A stretch of 64,000 nucleotides of DNA. It comes from Chiloscyllium plagiosum (lineage: Eukaryota). Made by a program: the position numbers and the translations under genes. The stretch covers positions 67,052,732 to 67,116,731 of the forward strand of contig NC_057718.1 of assembly GCF_004010195.1 (NCBI RefSeq). The letters run 5' to 3'. Every line of letters starts with the position of its first letter. The first letter of the stretch is position 1. Positions 38,550 through 51,478 of this stretch are shown in pieces. Below the pieces are notes generated by a model, which was not told the DNA's origin, did not search any database, and saw only the letters and a list, made by a program, of their open reading frames with translations.

Positions 38550-39145
38550 TCCCACAGTTTGCTAGGGACCTGGAGGTCCTGATGTACTGAGTAGTACAGA
38601 GTAAGACCATCCTCTTCCCTCAGGACCAATAGGTAGCACCACCAGACCTTGCCAGCCTGGTCTGAAGTTGCCATCGAGGTTAAAGCTATGTAGAAACATC
38701 CATCTAAGTCAGAAGAAGGTCAGTAAGCTTCTCGACTCTGCAAAGAATTTCAGGCTCATGATATATTTCATCATCTTCTCTCTGGCATCTTGCACTTACG
38801 CTAATTCTATACCAACTCCCACCAGGGCTGATGGTGCACCCCTCATGCTATTCATCATCTTTCCTCACTCACACTCACCCACTTAATGTCCCCACCCACT
38901 TAACATCCCTGTTTGCTTTCTGTGTGCCTATGCAGTAACTCAGGAAACCTCCCCACTTCTCCTCCAACCTGCACTAGCATTAATAACTGTGCCAGACACT
39001 TTCATCTCACTCAGTCTCTCTCTTTATTCCAGTGCAGGTAAAACAGCTGACAATGTGGCTGAAAAAGCCATGACAGGTGGTTCACTTCCTGACATTCATG
39101 TCCTCACCCCCTTCGAAGAGAGTATCCTTGCCCTGGGAGAGAACT
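38550..39145 (+). mobile_element. Harbinger Myb/SANT-like gene relic in two exons
   Basis: PQFARDLEVLMY*..ILFPQD..PAWSEVA..QKKVSKLLDSAK, then after an acceptor near 39037, KTADNVAEKAMTGGSLPDIHVLTPFEESILALGE. Contains stops and frameshifts. Confidence 0.65.
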
Positions 39146-40074
39146 GTAATTATTATATGCATTGATACTGAAATGTCCACATTTCTCACAGACCCACTAA
39201 TGTCCATATCCTTCAGAAGCTGGGAGAATTTTGCCCATCCAGACAGTGTGACATTTTTCAAACAAGCACATCAAACAGCATAGACATGGTTCAGGAAACT
39301 ACTACCTACTTCCAAATAAAAATGAAATTGAATATGATGTAACATTCTAATATATAAAATATTAGGTTATGTACATATATAGCACATATCATATTGCTAA
39401 TTTAGTACAGAATGATTTTGCAAGATTTAGGACTATTTATGGATCATTTACTGATCTCAGATTAAGCAAATGTTTTTGTAAAATTACAACAGAAAACAAA
39501 ACTCAAAATAGCTTTCTCATATTATATCAACTTCTTTAAAATTGGAAATGCAACAACTGTAACGTCTTTATTGTTCACAATTCATCAGTCATATTCAATA
39601 GTGAATTACCAATATTACCAGACTTAGCAATAATATCAATGTCATCAGGTCTTAAAACTCGTTGGCAGTACTGCTAGAACATATTTGAATGATCACTCAT
39701 CAACTGATGCAGAGTCTTCTTTACAGAATTTTCACTTGCCTAGATTGTTTCTCATCAGAGAACATAAAGACTGAAAGAACTTGCAACTATGAAAAGACTT
39801 TTGTCCGGAAGTGTTTTACAGCTAATGAGTTACCAATGAAATGTATCATGAGTCTGAAATTCTTCTTATTTTTGGTATAATCAAGGCAGCAGAGCACACA
39901 AAGACTTATAGTACTCACAAATACTAAGTATCAAGAAATTAGAGTCATCTCAGGACTGGAGATGGAGATGACAGAGAAAGTCTAATCTTGTGAGCTGCTA
40001 AAGATTTTGGATTTTTGTTCATTTGAAAGTCAAATATCAAATGAAGTGTTCAGTTTCCATTCTAGAGATCTACA

Positions 40075-40365
40075 GTGGATAAGTGGCAGCTACAAGACAG
40101 GTGTGGAAAGCAGGACTTATATCTCAGCTTTTCAGATCTTATGGAAACATTCTACATCATCAGTAGATCAGGACTCGACAAGCTGATGGACAAAATTGGC
40201 TGTCCAACAAAGTTCATCAGTCCCATCTGTTCTTTTTAATCGCAACATCACTGTACAAATTAATGCAATCAATTCCAACAATGTCAAAATGAAGAGAAAA
40301 CATGGCTTTGTCTAGCCCCATTTTATTTTAGTATTTTCTTCTTTATGGCCCTGACATTTGCCTTT
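40075..40365 (+). mobile_element. RTE-clade LINE RT remnant
   Basis: WQLQDRCGKQDLYLSFSDLMETFYIISRSGLDKLMDKIGCPTKFI, followed by a LAPILFSIFF motif. Confidence 0.65.
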
Positions 40366-40409
40366 TCTGCAAATGTGAAAGGGTTCTACACATACAAGCT
40401 TTACAATCT

Positions 40410-42713
40410 CTCCAGGAAGTGAAGAATATGCTGGATGAAATTTACACAGCTACGAATACTGTGAAGATAAAATTTCCTGAGGCCTTATTCACCAACCAGG
40501 CCAACTTCAAGGGTATGCTACAAAAATATCACCATGTCTCCTGACTCACCAGTGAACCGAACATCCTTGACCATTGCTACACAATCTTCAAAGATATCCT
40601 ACCACTCCATACCCCGATAACACTTTGGAAAATCAAATCACAATGCTGTGTTCTTCCTCCCAGTTTACAAGCAGAAGTTGAAATGAAGGGACCCCTCACA
40701 GAAAGTAACACAAAGCTGGTCTGAGGCAGCAGAAGAGCTTCTCAGGGACTGCTTGAAATTGGTGGACTAGACCATATCCAAGTATTCAGCAGACAACCTT
40801 GATGAGTACGCCACCACTGTCACAGACTTCATTAGCAAATGAGTGGAGGATTGCATGTCAAAGAATTCAATCCACGTGTTTCCCAACCAGAAACCTTGGA
40901 TAAACCAGGAAGTCCACTGCTTACTGAAGACCAGGCATGTGGCATTCAATTCGGACGACCCCGATTTTAGCAGGCAATCCATATACAACCTCCGCAAGGC
41001 CATCAGAGATTCTAAGAGGCAGTACCACACCAAATTAGAGTCCCAAACTAACCACATGGACACCCACTGCCTGTGGCATGGACTACACGACATAACGGGA
41101 TACAAACTGAAGCAGAACAAAATAGTGGACAAAAACACATCCCTCCCTGATACACTCAATGCTTTTTATACACATTTCAAGCACCCTGTCAGTGGTGCAG
41201 TGTCATCTTCCCCAACAACCTCAGACGCACTTGTTCTCTCTGTCACCGCTGCAAATATCAGGTCAGCCTTCTCGAGAGTGAGTCTGAAGAAAGTGACTGG
41301 CCTCGACAAAGTCCCCAGCCATGCACTCAGAACCTATGCGAACCACCTGGTAGGATTATTCGCTAATATCTTTAATCTCTCTTGCTACAATCTGAAGTCC
41401 CCATCTGCTCCAGGGAAACCATCCATCAGCCCAATACCAAAGAAGACAGATGCAACATATCTCATTGACTATCATCCTGCGGTTCTGACCTCCATCATCA
41501 TGCAGTGCTTCAAGAAGTGAGTCATGGCTCACATCAATTCTAACCTCCAAGGTTGTCTAGATCCCTTGCAATTTGCCAACCAGCATAACAGGCCCACAGT
41601 GGATACCGTTTCCCCAGCCCGATACTCACCTCTAGAACATCTGGATAATAAGGGTACCGATGTCAGGCTCCTACATATCAACTAATCCCAAACAAGTTAA
41701 TCTCCAGACTCTGAGACCTAAGTCTTGGCTCACCCTCTCTGCAACTTGATCCTCAGCTACCTGACTCACAGACCACAATCAGTGAAAATAGGCAATAACA
41801 CCTCCTCTGCGATAATTCTCAACACCGGTGCTCCACAAGGATGCGTTCTGAGTCCCCTACTGTACTCCCTGTACATTCACGACTGTGTGGTCAAATTTTG
41901 TATGAATGCCATCTACGAGTTTGCTGATGACACCATCAGTGCAGGCCGGATATCAAACAATGATAAACTAGAATAGAGGAATGAGATACATTACATGGTG
42001 TCAGCAAAACAAAAGAACTGGTCATTGACTTCAGAAAGAAAGGAGAAGGACACACCATTATCTACATCAACGGAACTGAGGTGGAGAAGGTGGAGAAGTT
42101 CCTCAGTGATGAGAACCAACAATCTGTTCTGGACCTCCCATTTAGATATGGCAGTCAAGAAGGCACAACAATGCCTCTTCTTCCTCAGGAAGCTTAGGAA
42201 ATTCAGCACGTCCATAAGAACCCTCACTAACTTTTACAGATGCACTGGAGAAAGCTTTCTATCTGGGTACATCATGGCTTTGTGCAGCAACTGCTCTGCC
42301 CAGGACCGTAAGCAATTACAGAAAGTTGTATTCATAGCCCAGACCATCACAGAAGCCAACCACCTATCCATGGATTTCATCTACACTTCTCATTGCTGTG
42401 GAAAGGCTGCCAACATCATCAAACACACTTCCCACTCCAGTAGTATTCTCTTCCAACCTCTTCCGTCAGCCAAAAGATACAGAAACTTAAACACATGTGC
42501 CAACAGGTTCAAAGACAGCTTCTTCCCTGCTGTTATTAGATTGCTAAATAGATCTTCCTAATTTCAAATCTAACATTGATCTTGCTTTTGTGCACCTTCT
42601 GTGCAGCCATAGCCTTGTATGCCTCACTCTGTCGAAACATCTTATGATCTGTTTGTCCTTGTATGTTATGATCTTCGTGCACTGCTCGCAAAACAAAACA
42701 ACAATAAATCAAA
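40410..42713 (+). mobile_element. Rex1/Babar LINE, 5'-truncated and decayed
   Basis: [64 protein letters not shown] and acaataaatcaaa end. Confidence 0.9.
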
Positions 42714-42904
42714 GACTGATAGTGAGATAAAAATATTGCCCATCTTGAGCAGAGACAAAGAAATACTATGATATTTCTGTGAGGTACTGCTATACTGATG
42801 ATGCATTAGTCAACTAGATGAAAGCTCAGTGACACATAGATTGTCTCTTAATTAATTCACCATGGGACGCTAGGATATTATTCAATTCTTGCTGCATTTG
42901 AAAA

Positions 42905-44845
42905 AGGACTGCTTCAATATTTGAGGAGTCATGAATGTTGCTAAACATTGTGCAATCATCAGCAAACATCCCCATTTCTGACCTTATGATAAAGGGAAGG
43001 TCTTTGATGAAGCAGCTGAAAATGGTTGGGCCTGGACACTAACCTGAGGAACTCCTGCAGAGATATCCTGAACCTAAACCATCTTCCTATGTGCCAAGTA
43101 TGACTCCAATTAACAGAGAATTTGTCCTCTAATTCCCATAGATACCAGTTTTGCTGGAGCTCCCTGATACAACACTTAATCAAATGCAGCCTTGATGTCA
43201 ATGGCTGCCACTCTCTACTCATTTCTGGAATTCAGCTGTTTTGTTCATGTTTGAACCAAGGCTGTAATGAGCTCAGGAGCTGACTGGCCCTGGCCAAACC
43301 CAAGCTAACAACACTGAGCAGATTATAACTGAGCAGGTGCTGTTGTTGACATCTTCCATCACTTTAGTGATTGAATATAGACTGATGGGTTAGTAATTGG
43401 CTGGTTTGGATTTGTCCTGCTTTTTGTGTTTAGTACATGCATAGGCAATTTTTTATATTGTTGGCTAGGTGCCAGTGTTGTTACTGTATGGAACATCTTG
43501 GCAAGTTGTAAAACACAAGTCTCCTGTACTTTGCAGGAATTGTTGCCAGGGCTACAACCTTTGCAGTATTCAGTGCCTCCAACGGTTTCTTCATATCATG
43601 TGGAGTGAATGAAATTGACTGACTGAAGACTGGATCTATAATGCCGGAGACTACTTGGCACTTGTCGTTGAAGATTGCTGTAAATGTTTCAGTTTTACCT
43701 TTTGCAGTGATGTGTTAGGCTCTTACTTCTTTGAAGATAGGGTTATTTGTGAAGCCTTCTCCTCCAGTGAGTTGTTTAATGTCCACCATCATTCATGACT
43801 GGATGTGGAAGGTCTGCACAGTTTCACCCTCATCCATTGGTTGTGGAATCACTTAGCTCTGCCTATCGCTTGTGTGTTTTTGCTGTTTAGCATGCAAGTA
43901 ATTCTCTACAGTAGTTTCACCTTATTTTTAGGTATGTCAGGTCCCATTGCTGACATGCCTTCCTACACTCTGTATTGACCAGAGTTGATCCCTGGCTTGA
44001 TGGTAATGGTTGAGTAAGGAATATGCTGGCCCATGAGATCACTATGTGCTGGAGTACAAGTCTATTGCTACTGAGGGCCCACTGTGTCTCATGGATGCCC
44101 AGACTTGAGCTGCTAGATCTGTTCAAAGTCTGTCCCATACAGCACCGTGATAATGCCACACAACACAAAGGAAATTATTCTCAATGTGAAGGTGGGGCTT
44201 CATCTTCACAAAGACTGTCTGGTAGTCACTCTTACTTATGCTGTCATGGACAGATACATCTGTCAGACCTAGTCTAGCAGTTATGTCCACTGGAACACGA
44301 CCAGCTCAATCAGCAGTGCTGCTGCCGAGCCACTCTTAGTGGAGAAAATGGAAATTCCCCACCCAGAGTGCATTGTGTGCCCTTGCCAATGCTTCTTCCA
44401 AGTGTTGTTCTACATTGAGGATTACTGATTCATCTGCCAAGGCAGGATGGTATGTAGTAATCAGCAGGAGGTTTCTTTGTCCATGTTTAACCTGAAGCCA
44501 TGAAACTTCACATGGTCTGGAGTCAATGTTGAGGACTCCCTCCTGATGGAAAACCACTCTGCCAGATCTGCCCTGACTTTGGTGGGCGTCTGATGGTGGG
44601 CGTCTGAGACTCTCTGTAAGATACAATTCCATGAATATGATTGTATCAGGATGTTGCTTGACTAGTTTGTGTGACACCACTACCAGTTTTATCATTACAC
44701 CCTGGATGTTAATAAAGAGGACTTTGCAGTGTGAACAGGACTGCTTCTGCTGTTGTCTTTTCTGATGCCTAGGTTGATGCCAAGTGGTCTGTCCAGTCTT
44801 ATTTCTTCATTGAGAATTGTCACAATTTGCTGAATGGCTTACTAG
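42905..44845 (-). mobile_element. CR1/L2-group LINE (same family as 12030-15560), including endonuclease
   Basis: Minus EVSWLQVKHGQRNLLLITTY..EQHLEEAL..LWVGNF. gttcctcagg..gtgtccaggcccaacc and gggatgtttgctgatgat RT motifs. Confidence 0.82.
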
Positions 44846-45082
44846 GCCATTTCAGAGGGCAATTGAGAGTCAACCACATTGCTCTGGGTCTGGAGTCACA
44901 TGTAGGAGTCCACGTGAGGATAGCAGATTTCCTTCCAATTAGTTTTTCCTGGACATCTAACAATAGTTTATAGTCATCAGTAGATTCTTAATTTCAGATA
45001 TTTTTATTGAATTCCAAATCCACCATCTCCCATGGTGGGAATTGAATGCAGATTCCTAGAACATTAACTGAGTTTTTGGATC
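44845..45082 (-). mobile_element. Deu-domain tRNA SINE (SacSINE1-like) abutting the LINE 5' end
   Basis: ggccatttcagagggc..agagtcaaccacattgc..ctggagtcacatgtagg, with a B-box-like attcaattccc on the minus strand. Confidence 0.65.
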
Positions 45083-45115
45083 AAAGATTTCAAATTATTT
45101 TCTTTTCTCTTGTAG

Positions 45116-45321
45116 AAATGAGTATCCTAACAGATGAAAAAAGGGAAGTCACTGTGACAGCTCTTACACCTTGTAAATTCTATACCATTTCAAAGGAAGA
45201 TTTTAATGCAACATTGGAACAATTTCCAAAGATGAAGGAGCATTTTGAAAAGGTTCTCTTGGCAAGGCAGGAATCAATATCCCAGCGATTGATTTTAGAG
45301 GAAACATCATCTGTTGAATGA
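45116..45321 (+). CDS. Terminal coding exon of a divergent HCN-like channel (C-terminal half of the CNBD)
   Basis: Acceptor ttttcttttctcttgtAG at 45114-45115 with phase-1 start (G|AA = Glu). Peptide EMSILTDEKREVTVTALTPCKFYTISKEDFNATLEQFPKMKEHFEKVLLARQESISQRLILEETSSVE* aligns without gaps to HCN [56 protein letters not shown] (about 22/56 identical by eye). The intron position matches the FG|E junction of vertebrate HCN genes. Stop TGA at 45319-45321. Confidence 0.82.
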
Positions 45322-45564
45322 TATTTAAATGTATTTTATTTTCATGTTCATTGACAATGGTGAGTCAAATGATTTTTGTTTTTTTGTTTCTGTTTAATTT
45401 GTTATGATGTTAACAGTCCAGGAACTGGGAAATTATTCTTCAAATTGTGGGACATGTTTGTTGACAGAATATGCTTTCTGTTTTTCCAGTGTATTTCCAG
45501 TCTTTCTTCCTTCTAAACAATCCGAAACACACTCCAACTGTAAGATCTGAGGCCTTAATACCTA

Positions 45565-46090
45565 GAAACAGAAGTAGGCCAATCAACACATTGAGTCTGC
45601 TTCACTGTTCAATTAGACCATATCTCATCTGAATCCTCAAATCCATTATCTCGCTTTTTCCCTATAACCTTTGATTTCCTTACTAATTAAAAATCTGTCT
45701 ATCTCAGCCTTGTATATATCTAACAGCCCAATCTCAACAGATCTTTCCAGTAAAGAATTCCACAGATTCACTACCTTCTAAGAGAGAAAATTCCTCCTCT
45801 TCTCTGTCTTTTATGCAACCCCTTATTCTAAGATAATATGGGTCTGGTCCTAGACTCTCCCACAAGGAGAAATAATCTCTCCACATCTATCTTGTCAAGG
45901 TGCTCCTAATATACTATCTCCAAAACTAAGGGCTTAAACCTGATTATGTGTGTATCTTATCAAGTGCTTTCTGTAAATCCAAATATATTACATTCATTGT
46001 TTCCTCTTTATCTATCCTGCTTCTTAACTCCTCAAAGAATTCTACTAAATTTATCAGACATGATTTCCCCTTAATGAAACAACTCACTCA
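45565..46090 (-). mobile_element. CR1 remnants
   Basis: gaattccacagattcactacc, 3' UTR and RT fragment (catgatttccccttaatgaaac). Confidence 0.7.
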
Positions 46091-46130
46091 GCCATTTTCT
46101 CACCTTGCTGATGTTATTGACTGTGCTCCT

Positions 46131-46194
46131 TACAGTGGTCAAAAGGAAAGAAGGCTTCTTGCTACAGTGGTCAAAAGGAAAGCAGGCATCTTGC
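46131..46194. repeat. 32-bp tandem duplication
   Basis: tacagtggtcaaaaggaaag(a/c)aggc(t/a)tcttgc x2. Confidence 0.9.
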
Positions 46195-48943
46195 TCCCCA
46201 GCTTTGGTGAACAAAATAACTGTGTTCCATAAAAGAAATTTTCCAGTACTTTCTCCCAAATTCTGCAACTCTCACTCCCTTCACCCCACCAACCCACCTC
46301 ATAATGAGGCAGTGCTTGTCTTTTGCTGAGTTCAGTAAGGCCGTGTGCCCATATACACCAACCAGCTGTGTTTCATACGAGCAGCAATGTTTCTGTTTGT
46401 TCATTATTGTGCTTGAAAATCATAACTGGTTCCATTCCCTTTCAGCTCTTACCTGTTGTCGCTCTAAGAGACTGAATAGGATGGTGCACTGTCAACAGGT
46501 GATGTCACAATAATTTTTGCAAAATAAGTAACTATAATCCTTCGTATTCAATTTCTTGAAGAAGCAGCAGCAAATTATATAATATATATGTAAGAGCAGA
46601 TCCAATTTAAGTTAAAAAGGAAAATGAGTCAGGACTGTTACTGGTAGGAGTAGGACTGGCATATAGAAGAAGAAAACCAGAGAGGCATTGAGTGGATCAG
46701 AAGGGCATCAGCATGAAAGAGGCAAACAGAACCAGCTTCAGCATTAACTATAAAATGAGAAGGCAAGTTTGCCAGCATGACTTGAGGGAAAAAGAAGAGT
46801 TTGGGAGGTTGTGATAGTGCCAGCATGAAACAGATTTCCAGCATGTTCTGGGTGGAAAGGTGAGTAGTTTGCTGGCACAGACTAAGGTAATGGCAGAAAA
46901 GAAGGATGGAGCTTGAACTGTGAGGAAGATTGAAGAGTGCCGACGTAAATCTTAGGGTGATAGGAAAGAAGATGCCTGCTTTAATAGTGAGAGGAAAGAA
47001 ATTCATCTGTGCTACCCTGATCAACAGAAAAGCAATTCTAAAACAAAAATAACATGAGAACATACAAAAACATTCTCAACATTGCTTTCCATTTAATCAT
47101 AATCCAACCTTTCAGAAGTAGTCAGTTGGAGGCAAACTACCAGTACTGGGGTGAAGGAACTTGGGAATAGATTAAGGGTCAAACTATTGGTCTTTGACAC
47201 TGTTAATTGTATGCATAATAGATGAGGTAAAATGTATTTTAAGTCAATTTCATTGTTTTTGGTTTAAAGTTCCGTTATGCACATTTGTGGGGAGATGTTG
47301 CGGTAATGTTGCTACACTAGTAAGCCAAAGAGTCAGGCTAATGCTTTAAGGACCTGAATTCATAGTCCCATGGCAGTTGGTAGAAATGCCTCAGCATTGA
47401 AAGTAGCCTTGTTAACTATTCATTATTAAAACAAAAATAAATGCAAATATGAAACCTTGTTTGTTTAAACTTAGGTAAATCCCAATGTATTTATTTACAG
47501 TTTCTGGATACAATACCACAAGATGCCCCTTAGATTATGATCGCCTTAGAAACTGATAACCTCAAAACAAAATAAAAATGATAATTTTCCCAGCCTACGA
47601 ATTAGTAAAGAAGAAGAATTCATAGACTCTTACTGTTGCATACAATCTAAGGTAAAAATAGATCAATCACAAAACACAGGCAACTAATGAACCAAACTAA
47701 AGAAAAGGTAGTTTTGCATTAATTAAATAACACTCCTAAGGTATCCCTTATAACCCCTTTTATTGACTTCTGTACTCCTGGTAAGTCTAGACCACATGTT
47801 CAAATCCAAAATTACTCTGGGCTCTACAACAGGCTTACAATCCCTCTTATGGCAGGTTGAAACTTTCAGTGTCTTTCAAAAATCAATTCATCTTCCAGAT
47901 CCAATCTCTACCAGCAAGATCTAGCATGATGCTTACCCAAGTATCCTGTCTGGTTAGTAACACAACTTTCCTTTTCTGCTCTTCACAGCAATAGTTCCTT
48001 TGTCTTTATTTGTCTCAGAAAACAGCCATCCCTTTTTTGAGTTAATGTGTAAATTTGTAAAATCATTCACTTGATTTTAGTAATATTCTGTTTAAATTTC
48101 TTCCTTTTGATTGTCTTCAGATGGAGATGTTTAATATGACCTCATCATTTCCTTTTCTAAAACTTCTGTTTCAACTTAATTTAAAGAAGATATTTTAAAA
48201 CATTTGTAAGAAGTAGGTTTGCTGGCACACAGAGGCTGCGGGGGGCCACGCGATTCCTCAGACATGTCACTGACAGAACAGGTCGAGAGGAGGATGTACA
48301 TCATATTCCACACAATTAAAGGGTGACATCTCACCATTCTATTTCTATCTCCTAATGCAGCTTGTGGTATTCTGCCTGGTCTCATATTGTCCTTCCATTC
48401 CTCTCCAAAGATTCTCCTAGAAAATGTCCCTGGCCAAGCAATCTGCTTCTTCAGGTCATTTTTGTAAAGTGTCTACAAAAGGCAAAGCAGCCCAATGCTT
48501 TCTCTTTTTAGGTGAAGAGAATTTGCTTGAGTATTGGTGAACTCTTACAAACTGCACCAAAACAAATCCCCTAATGTGATCCAAAGGTTATCTTCACTGT
48601 CTCAAATACAAAGGCACATGAAATGGTAATTTTTTTTCAGAAATACTTGAAATTCATATCACTACTTTGTTTATTCCCAAACAGCTAGTCACTCTTACGA
48701 GAGATATTAATATCAGTCCTAGCCACCAAACTGGCCTGCAGTCGGTTTAGGTAGCAATCACCCCTTTAGTAGCTTCCAGGCAGCTATTCCTAACATGTAA
48801 ATATGTCCTCTTTTGTGAAACATCGGCTAAACTAACGTTCCAGCTCAGGAGCTCACCTTCACCAGATAGATCAAGTAGATTTTTAGTGCCTGAATGTGAT
48901 GCCAAAAATTATCCACAAAGTGACTGAGGAGTGGAACAGTGTA

Positions 48944-49068
48944 GGAGAAAGTGAGGACTGCAGATGCTGGAGATCAGAGTTTAAAAATGTGTTGCTGGAA
49001 AAGCGCAGCTGGTCAGGCAGCATCAAAGGAACAGGAGAATCAACGTTTCGGGCATAAGCCCTTCTTCA
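48944..49068 (-). mobile_element. PLE mini-insertion starting at the hammerhead-like core
   Basis: TSD ggaacagtgta at 48933-48943 and 49069-49079. Near-identical to 16203-16326. Confidence 0.9.
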
Positions 49069-50804
49069 GGAACAGTGTATCACAGTAAACAGTCTCTTCG
49101 GAATGCTGTGCTAAAAGCGAAGTTGTATTTCATAATTGTATCATTCTGAAGGGGACAGGAATGGTGGCGGATGATCATTTAGATGTTGAGATTGATGTTG
49201 AAACCCTGATTGAGCTTCTTGAAGAGAGGAAGATAGGAATGCAACATGAAAAAGTGCATTCCATTACGTTAGCTAAATTTTCCAGTTCATGGAAGGCTTT
49301 ACATTTGTTAGTAAGGAGATGAGTGTGATTAGGACTTTGAAACAAACCTTCACTTTTGAAAACCAATGCAATTTTAAGCACAATTTGTGCCCAAGTTGCC
49401 AATGGTATCCTTGCAAAATTTCCTTCATTCCTCAGTTGATGTCTACATAACACATTCACACCAATTCATTTCCTTGATCTGTTAGATAATTAAACTAACA
49501 GTCCTTGTGTTTTTCTTTGTCTATAAGCTGAAATGAATTTATATTTGGATACCCGAGTATGTTGCATTGGCAGCACCACATGACTCTTTTTATGCCAACT
49601 GATATCAATAACTTTATTACTGAAATATTACTATAGTGCTTTACCCCACTCCCCTAACCATTCAATTTCTCAGTATGTGAACTGGGCATCACATCAAAGA
49701 ATGAAAGACTTTACAAAGATAGGTCTTTCTTTTTTGAAGTACTGAAGATACTTATAAAGAATTGGTATAAATGCACCCTAATACTTTAATACGAAGCTTT
49801 GATAGAAATGAAGAGTTGTTATAAAAAATTATTCCAACAAAAAACATCATATTAACAAAGTAGATTATTAATTACACCCTATTCTTACCAAACAAAGCAG
49901 ATCTCCAGATAGAAATCGGGAAAGCATTGCCTTGGAATTCCCTTTCCATGACGAATTCCACCTTCATAAGTGAGCTTATTTAAGCAGCTAATAGTTCTTC
50001 TTTGAAACCAGATACTGTAAAATCTTATCCAGACCCAAGCTTACTGTGACATTGCTCTGGAAAGGGGGCAGATTTTCCACTGCATCAATTTAAAAACTGC
50101 AAAAATGTTTATCCCTAACCAACATTACTTTTAAATAATTAGCTTTTTAAAAAAAGTATTTTCACACAAGTCTAAATATTCTTCCCCTCACTATGTTTTA
50201 GCAACACAATCAATGTTTTCATGAAGGTTTCCTGTTTGGCAGAATGTTTTTATAGACATCTTTCTGATTTCACTAGAGATGAACTTTCCCAATCCAGTTA
50301 AGGTATTACTGCATGTAATGACCAGGGGAATTCTCATCCCACTGTATTACTAAACTCAGTGTCCTGCATTTTATATGTTACTGATTCTGAATGTCACTTG
50401 TATAATGTATATATTTCTATTTTCATCTTTTGCAGAATCATAATAATTCCAAAATCCTTGCACTTCAATGAGCTGAATGGAACATCTCCACCTATTCTAG
50501 CTCATATACAAAATTTGTTCAAGATGAATATTTAAATACTACTTTTAGGCATTTTCAAATGTATTCATCAGTCAAAAATGTTTAGTGTCAGTTTGGCAAC
50601 TTTGTTTCATTATTTAGAAATACGATGTAAACCTAAACTTATATCTCCTCTGCATTTATTTTATTAATAAAGATTGCATTTTTAGAAACACACACACTGA
50701 AGTCAAGTTTTAGCTTGATAGTGCTATGGTTAAAACAATATGACTGCACTTATTAAAACCATTGAATCCATTAAGTAATGATATTTAAGACACCACCCTT
50801 GGAC

Positions 50805-51070
50805 AACTGTGTGGAATTTGCACATTCTCCCTGTGTTTCAGTGGGTTTTCTCTGGGTGCTTTGGTTTCCTCCCACAGTCCAAAGATGTGCAGGTAAGGTG
50901 GATTTGCCATGCTAAATTGCCCATAGTGTCCAGGGATGTAAAAATGTGGGGTTCCAGGGATATGATTGAGGGGTGGGGGTACGGGTCAGGGTGGGATGCT
51001 CTTCAGACCTTTAGTGTGGAATTGACAGGCTACATGGCCTGCTTCCACACTGTAGGGATTTTATGATTCT
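50805..51070 (+). mobile_element. HE1-type SINE lacking the tRNA head
   Basis: V-domain and 3' ccacactgtagggatt. Confidence 0.85.
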
Positions 51071-51174
51071 GCAATTCTAAGTGTACTGCAGTACCAGTAT
51101 ATATTCTGGTGACTGGTGAAGTATCAGGAGATGACATTAACTTCAAGTATGACACCGGTATGTGTGCTTGTTTT

Positions 51175-51478
51175 ATTATTCATTAATGAGATGTGAACAT
51201 CACTGGCCAGGCCAATATTCATTGCCCACCCTAATTACCTTGAGGCAGTTAAGAATCAACCATGTTGTTGTGAATCTTCAATCACATGCCGGCTAGATCA
51301 TAAGGATGACAGACATTAATGAGCGAGATGTATTTTTACAATATGGTCACCATTAGTCTAGCCTTTCATTGAATTCAAATTTCACTAGCTGCCTAGGTGC
51401 GACTTGAACCCATATCCCAAAAATGTTGCCATGGGGTTCTGGATTACTTCGCCAGTAACATTACTACCACACCAGCAG
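51175..51478 (-). mobile_element. Deu-domain SINE, degenerate and near full length
   Basis: Similar to 44845-45082, plus a 3' tail shared with the LINE tail at 15520-15560. Confidence 0.65.

Noticed and set aside
46638..47063. 141-aa minus-strand ORF
   Set aside because: No recognisable domain or splice context; reflects purine-rich composition on the + strand.
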